From contig JAOAIL010000006.1 in assembly GCA_026414725.1 (NCBI GenBank), forward strand, positions 390-64,389: DNA of 64,000 bases, in the 5' to 3' direction. The stretch is from a bacterium (GTDB lineage Bacteria > Ratteibacteria > UBA8468 > B48-G9 > JAFGKM01). The notes under the pieces are model-generated. The model saw only the letters and a list, made by a program, of their open reading frames with translations, had not been told where the DNA came from and did not search any database. A program made the translations under genes and the position numbers. Shown here piece by piece: positions 42,805 to 52,921 of this stretch (the first letter of the stretch is position 1; every line of letters begins with the position of its first letter).

Positions 42805-43383
42805 ATGAGTGCACTGAAAAATAAAAAGTTCTTTACAACAGGTGATATCGCAGAACTATTCGGCGTAAGTAGAATATCAGCATATAAGTGGGTAAAATCC
42901 GGTAAAATAAAAGCATTTAAGATTCCAGGCGGTAGATACAGAATCACTTCAAAATCAATCAATGAATTTATTAAGAAAACTGGATTAGCAGAAAAATTTC
43001 CTTATTTAATTGGTAATACCTTAAAGATATTAATAGTTGATGATGAAGAATTAATTGCAAAGTCCATAAAAAACTTTTTAGAAGAGAAATATCATAACTG
43101 GCATATTACCATTGCAAACGATGGATTTGAAGCAGGCAGGTTATTAATGAATATTATTCCTGATATTGTTATACTTGACCTTTTCCTGCCGGGTATCAAT
43201 GGCTTTCAACTCTGTAGAAAGATAAAAAACGATGAAGCCACAAAACACATAAAAATTATTGCTATTACTGGCTATCCTACAGAAGAAAATATTGGTAAAA
43301 TCAAGGAATGTGGGGCAGATACATTCATTTCAAAACCCTTTGAAATGGAAAAACTGGAAAAGACACTGAAACAACTTTTATGA
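42805..43383 (+). CDS. Response regulator with an N-terminal excisionase/MerR-type HTH and a C-terminal receiver domain
   Basis: HTH_17-like FTTGDIAELFGVSRISAYKWV, then a REC domain (ILIVDDE...ILDLFLPG...ITGY). Confidence 0.75.
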   Translation: MSALKNKKFFTTGDIAELFGVSRISAYKWVKSGKIKAFKIPGGRYRITSKSINEFIKKTGLAEKFPYLIGNTLKILIVDDEELIAKSIKNFLEEKYHNWHITIANDGFEAGRLLMNIIPDIVILDLFLPGINGFQLCRKIKNDEATKHIKIIAITGYPTEENIGKIKECGADTFISKPFEMEKLEKTLKQLL

Positions 43384-43391
43384 CTACAATT

Positions 43392-44162
43392 CTAACCTAT
43401 TGTTTTAACCACATTTCTGAAAAATATAAGTCCATATCCGGCTTCTTCCTTAGTCCTTTTATTCTGCCAGTCAGGATAGTAATACTTTAATATCGCCCTT
43501 TCAGGATGTGGCATCATACCAACAATAAGTCCATCTGGAGAGGAAATACCTGCAATATTATTTATAGAACCATTAGGATTAAAAGGATATTCTGCGGGAT
43601 TACCATCGGCATCGCAGTACCTGAAAATAACCAACCTACCTTTTTCTATCCTTTCAAGCACTGCTTTATTTTTGGGTATAAACTTTCCTTCTGCATGAGC
43701 AACAGGAAGTTTTATTACAGGTGGCATATCTTTGAAAAATGGAGACACTGTTTTTTCTATTTTTAAATATACCCATCTGTCTTCAAACCGAGCAGAATCA
43801 TTCCATCCGAGAGAAACAACCTGCCGCCCCTCCCATGGAAAGATTCCTGATTTTACGAGAACCTGAAAACCATTACATATCCCTATAACTGGTTTCTTAT
43901 CTTCAATAAATCTTTTTATCTCTTCTCTCAGATTATGCCTTATCTCATTGGCAAGTACCTTACCTGCTGATATATCATCTCCATAAGAAAAACCACCGGG
44001 TATTACTAAAATCTGGTAGTTATTCAGTTTTTTACTTCCATCTTTTAGACGATTTATATGAACCCTTTCAGGAATCCCTCCAGCGAGTGCAAAAGCCCAT
44101 TCGGTTTCTCTGTCACAGTTTGTACCCCCTACCCTTAATATCAGAACCCTCGGTTTTACCAT
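43392..44162 (-). CDS. purQ: Phosphoribosylformylglycinamidine synthase subunit PurQ
   Basis: GATase with catalytic GICNGFQ. Confidence 0.9.
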   Translation of the reverse strand: MVKPRVLILRVGGTNCDRETEWAFALAGGIPERVHINRLKDGSKKLNNYQILVIPGGFSYGDDISAGKVLANEIRHNLREEIKRFIEDKKPVIGICNGFQVLVKSGIFPWEGRQVVSLGWNDSARFEDRWVYLKIEKTVSPFFKDMPPVIKLPVAHAEGKFIPKNKAVLERIEKGRLVIFRYCDADGNPAEYPFNPNGSINNIAGISSPDGLIVGMMPHPERAILKYYYPDWQNKRTKEEAGYGLIFFRNVVKTIG

Positions 44163-46540
44163 TTCAAACCACCCTTCCAGACCTTTTTTGCTTCTTTTAT
44201 AGAAAGATTAATCATCTCTTCTTTTTTATAAACAATTCTGAATTCATCTGTTTCTTCCACTCTTCCAATGCAGGAAAAAACAAAACCCTTCATAAGTTTT
44301 TCAAACTTATCTCTATATCTTTCTTCTACCTCTACTACAAACCTGCCCTGTGTCTCAGAAAAAAGAAGGACATCAAGTGCTTTATCGGAAGAAGGAACAT
44401 TTTTAAGATAAATAGTTCCCCCTTTATTTCCACCCATTGCCATTTCTAAAAGGGTTATAATCAAACCACCATCAGAACAGTCATGACAGGAAACTATAAT
44501 ACCAGCACCTACACATCTATGAAGAGTCCTCATCAAAGGTAGTGTTGTTGAAGGGTGAGGTTCAGGAATTTTTCCACCCTTTATTCCATATATCCTGTAA
44601 TATTCTGATTCCCCTAACTCATTATACGTCTTTCCACAAAGATAAATAAAATTACCTGCTTTCTTAAAAGCGGAAGTAACTGTCTTCCTTATATCTGGAA
44701 CTATCCCTACTGCTGAAATAAGTAATGTTCCCGGTATGGAGGTTTTTCTACCTGAGAGTTTATCTATAAAAAAGTTATTCAAACTATCTTTACCGGATAT
44801 GAATGGTAGTTTGTATCTGACCGCAAAGTCATAACAACCTTTTACACATCTTGTCAGAGCACCTAAATTTCTTTCATCATTTACATCACCCCAACAAAAG
44901 TTATCAAGAATTGCTACACTTTCAGGATTGGCACCCACTGCCACAAGATTCCTTAACGCCTCTTCTATACAACATCCAGCCATATAGTAAGGGTCTATCA
45001 TTCCATAAAATGGATTTATACCACAACCTACTGCTATACCTCTCCAGCTATCATAAAGTGGTTTCAAAACAACTGCATCCGAAGGTCCATCCTGATGCAT
45101 CCCAGTCAATGGTTTTACAATAGTATGCGCCTGAACTTCATGGTCATACTGCGTTATTACTGCCTCACGGGAAGAAATATTATAACTACCCAGCACATTC
45201 AAAATACGTTCCTGCCAGTCAAGTATCTTTATCGCTTTTTCAAAACGGATTGCCTTACCTTTATCAATATAGAACTTTGCCTTCAGTTTTCTCGGAGGAA
45301 GCCCTCTATGAAGAAACTTCATATCAAGACAGCATACCTGCTGTCCTCTGTAGAAAATCTCTAATTTCCCTGTCTCAATAAACTGTCCTATTACAGTTGC
45401 TTCTACATCTTCTTCTGTAAATAATTTTAATAATTTTTTAACATTCTTCTCAGGGACAGCAAGAACCATTCTTTCCTGTGATTCAGATACCCATATCTCC
45501 CATGGGGCAAGTCCTTCATATTTTAATGGAACTTTCTCAAGATTAACATAAGCACCAACATCCTTACCCATCTCTCCTATAGCAGAAGAAAGACCTCCTG
45601 CCCCGCAATCAGTAATCGCATTATAAAGATTCTCATCCCTCGCTTTAATTAAAACATCCATCATTTTCTTCTCCACTATGGGATTACCTATCTGAACCAC
45701 ACTTGTAGAGATATCTTTGTCCAGTGCGATAGAAGAAAATGTTGCTCCATGTATACCATCCCTGCCTGTCTTTCCACCCACTACTATAATATAATCACCA
45801 TCACGAACTTTTTTCTTAATTTTATCAAGTGGAATTATACCGAGTGTTCCGCAGTAAACAAGACAGTTATTCTGATACCCCTTATCAAATATAATAGCAC
45901 CAGAAGCAGTAGGAATACCCATCCTGTTCCCATAATCCCTTACACCACTTACAACACCACGGAAAACCCTGCGTGGATGGAGAACACCTTCAGGAAGTTC
46001 TGAATAGGGAACATCCAGATTACCAAAACAGAATACATCAGTATTCAAAATAGGGAAGGCACCTTTACCTGCTCCCAGTATATCTCTTATAACTCCACCT
46101 ATACCAGTTCCAGCGCCACCATAGGGTTCAAGTGCAGATGGATGGTTATGTGTTTCTACCTTAAAAGCAATTCCGTATTTACTGGTAAACCTTATAATCC
46201 CCGCATTATCTTCAAAAACAGAAACGCAGAAATTTCCTTTGACCCTGTCTGTTGCTTTCTTAATTTTTTTTAGAAGCGTTATCTTTTCCTTGCTTTCTTT
46301 ATTACCACCCTCTGTATATTCAATATCCGCTCTGAAAATTTTATGATAGCAGTGCTCTGACCATGTCTGGGCAATTGTTTCTATTTCACAATCCGTAGGA
46401 TTTCTTCCGATAGATTTAAAATACTTCTGAATAATTTTCATCTCCTCAAGATTTAGTGAGAGGAGATTCTTCTCGCTTACTTCTATTAAAGTTTTATCAT
46501 CTACATCTATAATTTTTACTTCTCTGGCATACTCACTCAT
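44156..46540 (-). CDS. purL: Phosphoribosylformylglycinamidine synthase subunit PurL
   Basis: 794 aa small-PurL architecture. Confidence 0.9.
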   Translation of the reverse strand: MSEYAREVKIIDVDDKTLIEVSEKNLLSLNLEEMKIIQKYFKSIGRNPTDCEIETIAQTWSEHCYHKIFRADIEYTEGGNKESKEKITLLKKIKKATDRVKGNFCVSVFEDNAGIIRFTSKYGIAFKVETHNHPSALEPYGGAGTGIGGVIRDILGAGKGAFPILNTDVFCFGNLDVPYSELPEGVLHPRRVFRGVVSGVRDYGNRMGIPTASGAIIFDKGYQNNCLVYCGTLGIIPLDKIKKKVRDGDYIIVVGGKTGRDGIHGATFSSIALDKDISTSVVQIGNPIVEKKMMDVLIKARDENLYNAITDCGAGGLSSAIGEMGKDVGAYVNLEKVPLKYEGLAPWEIWVSESQERMVLAVPEKNVKKLLKLFTEEDVEATVIGQFIETGKLEIFYRGQQVCCLDMKFLHRGLPPRKLKAKFYIDKGKAIRFEKAIKILDWQERILNVLGSYNISSREAVITQYDHEVQAHTIVKPLTGMHQDGPSDAVVLKPLYDSWRGIAVGCGINPFYGMIDPYYMAGCCIEEALRNLVAVGANPESVAILDNFCWGDVNDERNLGALTRCVKGCYDFAVRYKLPFISGKDSLNNFFIDKLSGRKTSIPGTLLISAVGIVPDIRKTVTSAFKKAGNFIYLCGKTYNELGESEYYRIYGIKGGKIPEPHPSTTLPLMRTLHRCVGAGIIVSCHDCSDGGLIITLLEMAMGGNKGGTIYLKNVPSSDKALDVLLFSETQGRFVVEVEERYRDKFEKLMKGFVFSCIGRVEETDEFRIVYKKEEMINLSIKEAKKVWKGGLKW

Positions 46541-47032
46541 TTAATTTTCCCCATTAACTAATTCTATTGAATAGTCATGTACAAGACGGTTTGCAAGTAC
46601 CTTCTCACACATAAGTTCTATCTTCTCTTTTGTTAAACTCCCTTTTATATAATATCTTTTCCCCGTAGATATTTTTAAATCTTTTTTGATACCTGCATCT
46701 TTTACCGCAACAGCAACTGTTTCTGCTACAGCATCTGTAACACCTTTTTTATAAAATACATCTACTATAAAATTAAAAGCATCCTTTCTTACAGTATCCC
46801 CATACTTTCTAATCTTATATTCCTGTATAACACTATCTACAAGCACATCCTCTGCAATTTTTTTTATCTCTTTTAAAGAAATATCTCCTTCAAAACGATA
46901 CAGTTCAGCAGTGGTTATACCATCTATCTCTGATATCCCTGTCCCCATAATATTTTTCATAACATCTATCCCGAAGACATCTGGAATATCAGTTTTATTA
47001 TATATCTCTATAAGGAATATATTCTTTTTCAT
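46541..47032 (-). CDS. purS: Tandem-duplicated PurS (PurS-PurS fusion)
   Basis: Both halves match the PurS pattern; the C-terminal half carries MCEKVLANRLVHDY. Start taken at Met14 to abut the upstream gene. Confidence 0.7.
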   Translation of the reverse strand: MKKNIFLIEIYNKTDIPDVFGIDVMKNIMGTGISEIDGITTAELYRFEGDISLKEIKKIAEDVLVDSVIQEYKIRKYGDTVRKDAFNFIVDVFYKKGVTDAVAETVAVAVKDAGIKKDLKISTGKRYYIKGSLTKEKIELMCEKVLANRLVHDYSIELVNGEN

Positions 47033-47931
47033 ATTATATTTAAGTTCAATAATCTCACACTGTTTTTCCATTCTATCTTTTCTATAACCTCTTCTTTTAA
47101 AACTCCATCTTCTCTCAACTTCCTTATAAAATCTACATTAGGATATACTTTATTTACATCACTTCTGAAACAGGAATCAGTTCCAAAAAGAACTCTATCC
47201 TGAAACTCGTTAATAAAATTTACTGTAAATTTCATATCTCTGGTAAGCGCGTTATAACCACTACGTGCAGATATATCAACCCATAAATTTTTATATTTCC
47301 TCATCAATCTCACGACTGCACCTTCACCTTTTACATATCCTTCTGGATAAACAAGCCGTTCATTTTTTGAGACATTAGATGATATCTCTGCCCAGAATGT
47401 AACACCATGTCCTATAAATACTGTTTCCGGACAACTTTTTAGAGCATTCTCAAGTTTAGGTAATCCGTAGTCATCCCTTAACCCATATCCATATTCACTA
47501 TCATTCATATCAAAAAGAATCGGAAAACCAAACTCTCCTGCCTGTCTATAAAGATTTATACATCTTACATCATCAAAGTCCATCTTCGGTAGTAATTCCC
47601 CAATGCCTTTACACCCTCTACTCTTATATTCTGAAAGTAGATAACGAAAATCTGTAGCAGGACCATTAAGATAACGGGGATCTATCAAGCAGAAAGGTAT
47701 CAATCTATCAGGATATCTGGCGCATGCTATTATTACATCCTCTGTAGTACATTCTAAATAACCACCTTCAGGAGTTTCACTCAAAGGAAGGATACAGGTA
47801 ATATCTATACCCCATCTATCCATCTTCTCAATAAGATTTGTTACATCTATAAACTCTTTTCTATTTGGAACTATCCTTCCTATATGCCCATGGATATCTA
47901 TAATTTTCCCTTTCATTATATTACTCCACAA
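47029..47931 (-). CDS. Amidohydrolase-2 family TIM-barrel metal-dependent hydrolase
   Basis: IIDIHGHIG metal-binding start. 300 aa. Confidence 0.7.
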   Translation of the reverse strand: MWSNIMKGKIIDIHGHIGRIVPNRKEFIDVTNLIEKMDRWGIDITCILPLSETPEGGYLECTTEDVIIACARYPDRLIPFCLIDPRYLNGPATDFRYLLSEYKSRGCKGIGELLPKMDFDDVRCINLYRQAGEFGFPILFDMNDSEYGYGLRDDYGLPKLENALKSCPETVFIGHGVTFWAEISSNVSKNERLVYPEGYVKGEGAVVRLMRKYKNLWVDISARSGYNALTRDMKFTVNFINEFQDRVLFGTDSCFRSDVNKVYPNVDFIRKLREDGVLKEEVIEKIEWKNSVRLLNLNII

Positions 47932-47981
47932 TCTTATTTATTATATCACAACTAAATCATACTTGAATTCCCTTTGATTTT

Positions 47982-48180
47982 TCCCTCTTCCTTGAGGGGA
48001 GAGGGATGCTGATGCGATGGGTAAGGAATACCGTATAGCCAGCCGAGATGGTGAGGCGGGTGACCGAAGCCCGTCAGAGCGAGACAGGGTGAGACCTTCC
48101 TATACTTTTCCCCCTAATCCTTAACCTTCTCCCCCCATAGGGAGAAGGTAATTTAGGTATCTCCCCCTCATATGGGAAGA
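47982..48180. repeat. Composite GC-rich multi-hairpin repeat, including the 95-nt module (48003-48097)
   Basis: Hairpins CCCTCTTCCTTGAGGGGAGAGGG and CCTTCTCCCCCCATAGGGAGAAGG; GGTGAGACC. Confidence 0.8.
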
Positions 48181-48246
48181 AAAAATCATTATTCTTACCA
48201 CAACTATTATGTCTGCAAATTCTATATATTATGTTAAAATTATTGT

Positions 48247-48927
48247 ATGAACGAAAAAATTGCAGTCCTTGAAGACGAAAAAGATATCCTGGAACTTATA
48301 ACACTCCATCTTGATAAGGCGGGCTACAGGGTATGTAAATTTTCAAAGGCAGATGACCTGTTTAAGGCATTTGAAAAAGAGAGGTTTGACCTTTTAATAC
48401 TGGACCTCATACTGCCTGATATGGATGGGATTGATGTATGCAAACAGATTAAAACATCTATCTGTCCTTCTCTTCCTGTAATTATGGTTACAGCAAAAAC
48501 AGAGATAGAGGACAGAATAATTGGACTGGAAATGGGAGCGGATGATTATATAACAAAACCATTCTCTCCTAAAGAACTCGTAGCGAGAGTAAAAGCAGTA
48601 ATAAGGAGATACAAGACGATAACATCTGGTGAAGATATAATAAAGATAGGTACTAACCTTATCATTGATTTAACAAAACATTCTGTTTATGTTGATGGTA
48701 AAAAGATAGAACTGACATTTGCAGAGTTCGGTATATTAAAAATACTTGCTTCTAAGAAAGGATGGGTATTCCCGAGAGACAAAATTATCAACCTTTTATG
48801 GGAAGGAGAAAAATTTGTGATAGAGCGGACTGTTGATGTCCATATAAAAAATCTCCGTGATAAATTAGGTAAGGCAGGTAGATACATAAAAAATGTAAGG
48901 GGAATTGGTTATAAAATAGAAGAATGA
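48247..48927 (+). CDS. phoB: OmpR/PhoB-family response regulator
   Basis: REC domain plus winged helix. Adjacent to the kinase and the pst locus. Confidence 0.85.
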   Translation: MNEKIAVLEDEKDILELITLHLDKAGYRVCKFSKADDLFKAFEKERFDLLILDLILPDMDGIDVCKQIKTSICPSLPVIMVTAKTEIEDRIIGLEMGADDYITKPFSPKELVARVKAVIRRYKTITSGEDIIKIGTNLIIDLTKHSVYVDGKKIELTFAEFGILKILASKKGWVFPRDKIINLLWEGEKFVIERTVDVHIKNLRDKLGKAGRYIKNVRGIGYKIEE

Positions 48928-50051
48928 TAACTGCTATATTTTTTTTAATTTGTTTTGGACTCTTATGTGGATTAATATTCTTATTCATAAAAATCCATAA
49001 TCTATCCCTGATTAACAAAAAACTTACTCTCCAGATTACTGAACTTACCGAGATAAAAAAAGAGATTCAGACAAAAATAGAAACAGTCCTGTTATCTTTT
49101 CCGATTCCTGTAATGGTAATTGATAAACAGGGTATTATAAAATTTGCAAATACAGAGATACAGAATATTATCGGTAGTCCACCAGAAGGTCATAATTATA
49201 TTGAATTTTTTAATCAGACAGAGTTTATTGAAGCAATACATAATATACCAGAAGGAAAAACATTACAGACAGAACTCCTCTACAAAGACCAGTTTTATGC
49301 TGTACATTTTGTTTCTTTAACAGATAATGAGATACTTATAACATTGAAAGACATCACTGATTCAAAAGAGATATTAAGAATAAAAAAAGAACTGATAAGC
49401 AATATCTCTCATGAATTAAAAACACCTCTCACAGTAATAAAGGGGTATCTTGAAACAATCTATGAAGAAATCCCATCATACTTGAAAGGACAGGTTGAAA
49501 TAATACTAAATCATACGGAACGCCTTACAGGTATTGTAAGAGACCTGCTTAAACTTTCAGAACTTGAAGAAATAAAAATAGAATTCCAGAAGGTTAATAT
49601 AAAAGAGGTTATTGAAAAAGTTATTAGTATGTTTGAGAAAAGAATAATCCAGAAGAATCTTTCATTAAAAGTTAATATGGATACATCCATTACTTATATC
49701 TCAGGAGACCCTTACAAACTGGAAGACCTGATTATCAATCTTCTTGATAATGCTATAAGATATACAGATAGCGGAGAGATAACCATCAAGACAGAAAAAA
49801 CAGACAGGAATTTAATTATCGGTATAAAAGATACAGGAATAGGCATCCCTGAAAAAGACCTTCCACGGATATTTGAAAGATTTTATGTAGTAGATAAATC
49901 ACGCTCAAGAGAGACAGGTGGTACAGGTCTGGGACTTGCTATAGTAAAACATATAGTCATCCTACATAAAGGAACAATAGAAATAAAAAGTTCACTCGGT
50001 GAAGGGACAGAAGTTATTATCTCTCTTCCATTAAGTTGTAATAATACCTGA
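48924..50051 (+). CDS. phoR: Sensor histidine kinase (PhoR-like)
   Basis: TM helix, PAS-like region, H-box SHELKTPL, HATPase motifs. Confidence 0.85.
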   Translation: MITAIFFLICFGLLCGLIFLFIKIHNLSLINKKLTLQITELTEIKKEIQTKIETVLLSFPIPVMVIDKQGIIKFANTEIQNIIGSPPEGHNYIEFFNQTEFIEAIHNIPEGKTLQTELLYKDQFYAVHFVSLTDNEILITLKDITDSKEILRIKKELISNISHELKTPLTVIKGYLETIYEEIPSYLKGQVEIILNHTERLTGIVRDLLKLSELEEIKIEFQKVNIKEVIEKVISMFEKRIIQKNLSLKVNMDTSITYISGDPYKLEDLIINLLDNAIRYTDSGEITIKTEKTDRNLIIGIKDTGIGIPEKDLPRIFERFYVVDKSRSRETGGTGLGLAIVKHIVILHKGTIEIKSSLGEGTEVIISLPLSCNNT

Positions 50052-50078
50052 AAAACTCTTTTTTATCCCCATAACGAT

Positions 50079-50117
50079 TTAACAGAATCTTAACAATTCC
50101 TTTATCAATTCTTTATT
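50079..50117 (+). promoter_or_regulatory. Candidate Pho-box: four TT(A/T)A(C/T)CA-like direct repeats with 11-bp periodicity
   Basis: TTAACAgaatcTTAACAattccTTTATCAattcTTTATTC upstream of porin-pstS. Confidence 0.4.
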
Positions 50118-50231
50118 CCCTACGGGTAAAGTATATGCAAAAGAAAAATATACTCTTCTCAAAAATGCCTGAAAGGAGGTGATAAAAAGCAGTAGTGGCA
50201 GAGAAGAGAAAAACAAAAGGAGGGAATAAAA

Positions 50232-51521
50232 ATGATAAGGACTATGAAGATTATAATAACTCTGCTGATAATAGCAGGGGTATCTTTTTCCTTTGCTTCT
50301 GAGGTAGACCGTCTGGTAGAAAAGTTAGTTGAAAAAGGTATTTTAACTGAAGGTGAGGCATACAAAATACTGGCAGAAGCAGAGGAAGAAGCGAGGGCAC
50401 AGGAAGCATTAGCGAGAAAGGATTCAGATAAAATCTCCAAATGGATAAAAGAGACAAAATTTAAGGGAGATATCCGTCTGAGATATGAAAATATTGAAAG
50501 AGACAATCAGGATGGTTCTTATATTGCAGACAGAGATAGAACAAGAATAAGATTCAGATGGGGATTTGACACAAAGGTTAATGACCGACTGGAGGCGGGC
50601 TTGAGATTAGCAACAGGAGATAGCGCTGACCCAACGAGTGCAAACCAGACACTTACTGAAGCGTTCAGTGATAAAAGTATCTGGCTTGATAGGGCATATC
50701 TGAAATATACTTTTGCCTCTGTACCAACACTATCCTTAACCGGTGGTAAGATAGCAAACCCATTTATTTCAACAAACCTCGTCTGGTCAGGAGACCTCAA
50801 TCCTGAAGGTATTGTACTCCAGAAAACTTTCCCTATTAAAAATAATGAAGGCAAAGACATCGGAGAGTTTTTTGTAACAGGTGGATATTTTCCTGTGTGG
50901 GAGAACAAGGACTCCATTACAGACCCTTATATGCTTGGAACACAACTGGGATACAGAGGAAAAATTGGAGAAAGAAGTTTCAAAGCAGCCGTTGTATATT
51001 ATGACTATGATGATATTGCTAATCAGGAAGCGGCTAAAGTATCTCCGAGTTGTAATAACAAAGGTAATACATTATATACAAGTGGGGGCAAAAAATACTA
51101 TAAATATGATTATGACATCTGGGGTGCATATATTGACTTTACTCCTGTTGAGTTCACATTAAAAGAAGAAAAACTCCCTCTTACCTTATATGGTGAATAT
51201 GTGAGAAATATCGGTTCTTCAGATATTGATGGAGATACTGGCTTTATCTATGGGTTTAAGCTCGGCAATGCTAAAAAACAAAAAACATGGGAATTCTCTT
51301 ATGACTACAGACGTCTTGAGGCAGATGCTGTATTGGAGTTTATGCCTGATGGCTCATTCTCTGAAGGTGGAACTGATGCAAAAGGACATACCTTTGGTTT
51401 CAAATATGCAACAACTGATAGTTCAACACTCGGAATAACATATATGATATCTGAGGGACTGGGGACAAACAAGAAAAGAGATGTAAATACACTGCAGGTT
51501 GACTATGCAGTGTCATTTTAA
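50232..51521 (+). CDS. Outer-membrane beta-barrel porin (putative phosphate-selective)
   Basis: Signal peptide, alternating amphipathic beta-strands, C-terminal aromatic residue. Lies in the pst locus. Confidence 0.6.
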   Translation: MIRTMKIIITLLIIAGVSFSFASEVDRLVEKLVEKGILTEGEAYKILAEAEEEARAQEALARKDSDKISKWIKETKFKGDIRLRYENIERDNQDGSYIADRDRTRIRFRWGFDTKVNDRLEAGLRLATGDSADPTSANQTLTEAFSDKSIWLDRAYLKYTFASVPTLSLTGGKIANPFISTNLVWSGDLNPEGIVLQKTFPIKNNEGKDIGEFFVTGGYFPVWENKDSITDPYMLGTQLGYRGKIGERSFKAAVVYYDYDDIANQEAAKVSPSCNNKGNTLYTSGGKKYYKYDYDIWGAYIDFTPVEFTLKEEKLPLTLYGEYVRNIGSSDIDGDTGFIYGFKLGNAKKQKTWEFSYDYRRLEADAVLEFMPDGSFSEGGTDAKGHTFGFKYATTDSSTLGITYMISEGLGTNKKRDVNTLQVDYAVSF

Positions 51522-51536
51522 AGAAAGGAGGGGAAG

Positions 51537-52340
51537 ATGATAAAGAAGATATTAATAGCGTTAGTAGTAATGGGATTAGGGATGGCTTTCTCAGCAGAAG
51601 AAATCATAATGGCTGGCTCCACAACAGTTCTACCCATAGCACAGAAAGCAGCAGAGGTCTATATGTCAAAAAATCCTCAAATAAAAATCACAGTAAGAGG
51701 TGGTGGTTCAGGAGTGGGTATTGCATCCTTAATAGATAAGACCTGTGATATAGCAAACTCTTCCAGACCTATAAAGGATAAAGAAATACAGACAGCAGCA
51801 GGTAAAGGAGTAAAGCCAAAAGCCAATGTGATAGCACTGGATGGAATAGCGATAGTCATCCACCCATCCAATCCTGTAAGTCAACTGTCTGGAGAACAGG
51901 TAAAGGATATATATACCGGTAAAATTAACAACTGGTCTCAGGTAGGAGGTCCAAATCTCAAAATCGTTGTGGTTTCCAGAGATAGTGCTTCAGGAACATA
52001 TGAGGCATTTAATGAACTTGCACTAAAAGGTGAAAAAGTAAGGCCTGATGCATTAATGCAGGCATCCAACCAGGCAGTAGCAACCACAGTAGCACAGACC
52101 CCTGGAGCCATTGGCTATGTAGGGATGGGATACATTACATCTTCAGTTAAAGATATTGCTATAGATGGCATAATCCCTTCAAAAAGCACGATACTCTCAA
52201 GAAAGTATAAATATGCAAGACCTTTATTCATGTATACAGATGGTGAACCGAAAGGTGAAGTAAAAAAATTTCTTGACTTTTTATTAAGTAAAGAAGGACA
52301 GAAACTTGTTGAAGAGGTTGGTTTCGTAGGACTGCATTAA
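51537..52340 (+). CDS. pstS: Phosphate ABC transporter substrate-binding protein
   Basis: PBP fold with the AGSTTV motif. Confidence 0.9.
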   Translation: MIKKILIALVVMGLGMAFSAEEIIMAGSTTVLPIAQKAAEVYMSKNPQIKITVRGGGSGVGIASLIDKTCDIANSSRPIKDKEIQTAAGKGVKPKANVIALDGIAIVIHPSNPVSQLSGEQVKDIYTGKINNWSQVGGPNLKIVVVSRDSASGTYEAFNELALKGEKVRPDALMQASNQAVATTVAQTPGAIGYVGMGYITSSVKDIAIDGIIPSKSTILSRKYKYARPLFMYTDGEPKGEVKKFLDFLLSKEGQKLVEEVGFVGLH

Positions 52341-52359
52341 GATGAAAAATTATTCTATA

Positions 52360-52455
52360 TCCTCCCCATACGAGGGGGGAGGAAACAGGTGGGGGTGGGA
52401 AGTGAAAGAAGGTCTCACCCCCACCCTATACCTCTCCTCTCAAGGGCGAGGGATA
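52360..52455. repeat. Composite hairpin repeat between pstS and arsC
   Basis: TCCTCCCCATACGAGGGGGGGAGG ... GGTCTCACCCCCACCC ... CTCTCCTCTCAAGGGCGAGGG. Confidence 0.8.
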
Positions 52456-52489
52456 GATTAAAAATTTTTTAACTTTAATGGTATAATAT

Positions 52490-52921
52490 ATGGAACAAAA
52501 AATGAAAAAGAAAGTCCTTTTTGTATGTGAATTTAATTCTGCGAGAAGTCAGATGGCAGAAGCGTTCCTTAAAAAAATTGCAGGTGATAGATTTGAAGTG
52601 GAAAGCGCAGGGTTAAATCCAGGGACTATTAACCCTCTCGCCGTTGAAGTAATGAAAGAGGTAGGTATTGATATTTCGGGGAATAAAACCCAGAGTGTTT
52701 TTGAACTTTATAAAAAAGGAAAAAGGTACCACTATGTTATTACTGTATGTGATAAGGGAAACAGATGTCCTGTATTTCCCAATACCTTACAGACACTCCA
52801 CTGGAACTTTGATGACCCTGCTAAATTTGAAGGAAGTTATGAAGAGAAATTGGAACAGATGAGGAAGTTACGGGATGCAATAAAACAAAAGATAGAGGAA
52901 TGGGTAAACACTATAGAATAA
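52490..52921 (+). CDS. arsC: Arsenate reductase, thioredoxin-coupled LMW-PTP family
   Basis: CX5R loop CEFNSARS, second Cys pair VCDKGNRCP, and the HWNFDDP motif, as in B. subtilis ArsC. Confidence 0.75.
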   Translation: MEQKMKKKVLFVCEFNSARSQMAEAFLKKIAGDRFEVESAGLNPGTINPLAVEVMKEVGIDISGNKTQSVFELYKKGKRYHYVITVCDKGNRCPVFPNTLQTLHWNFDDPAKFEGSYEEKLEQMRKLRDAIKQKIEEWVNTIE

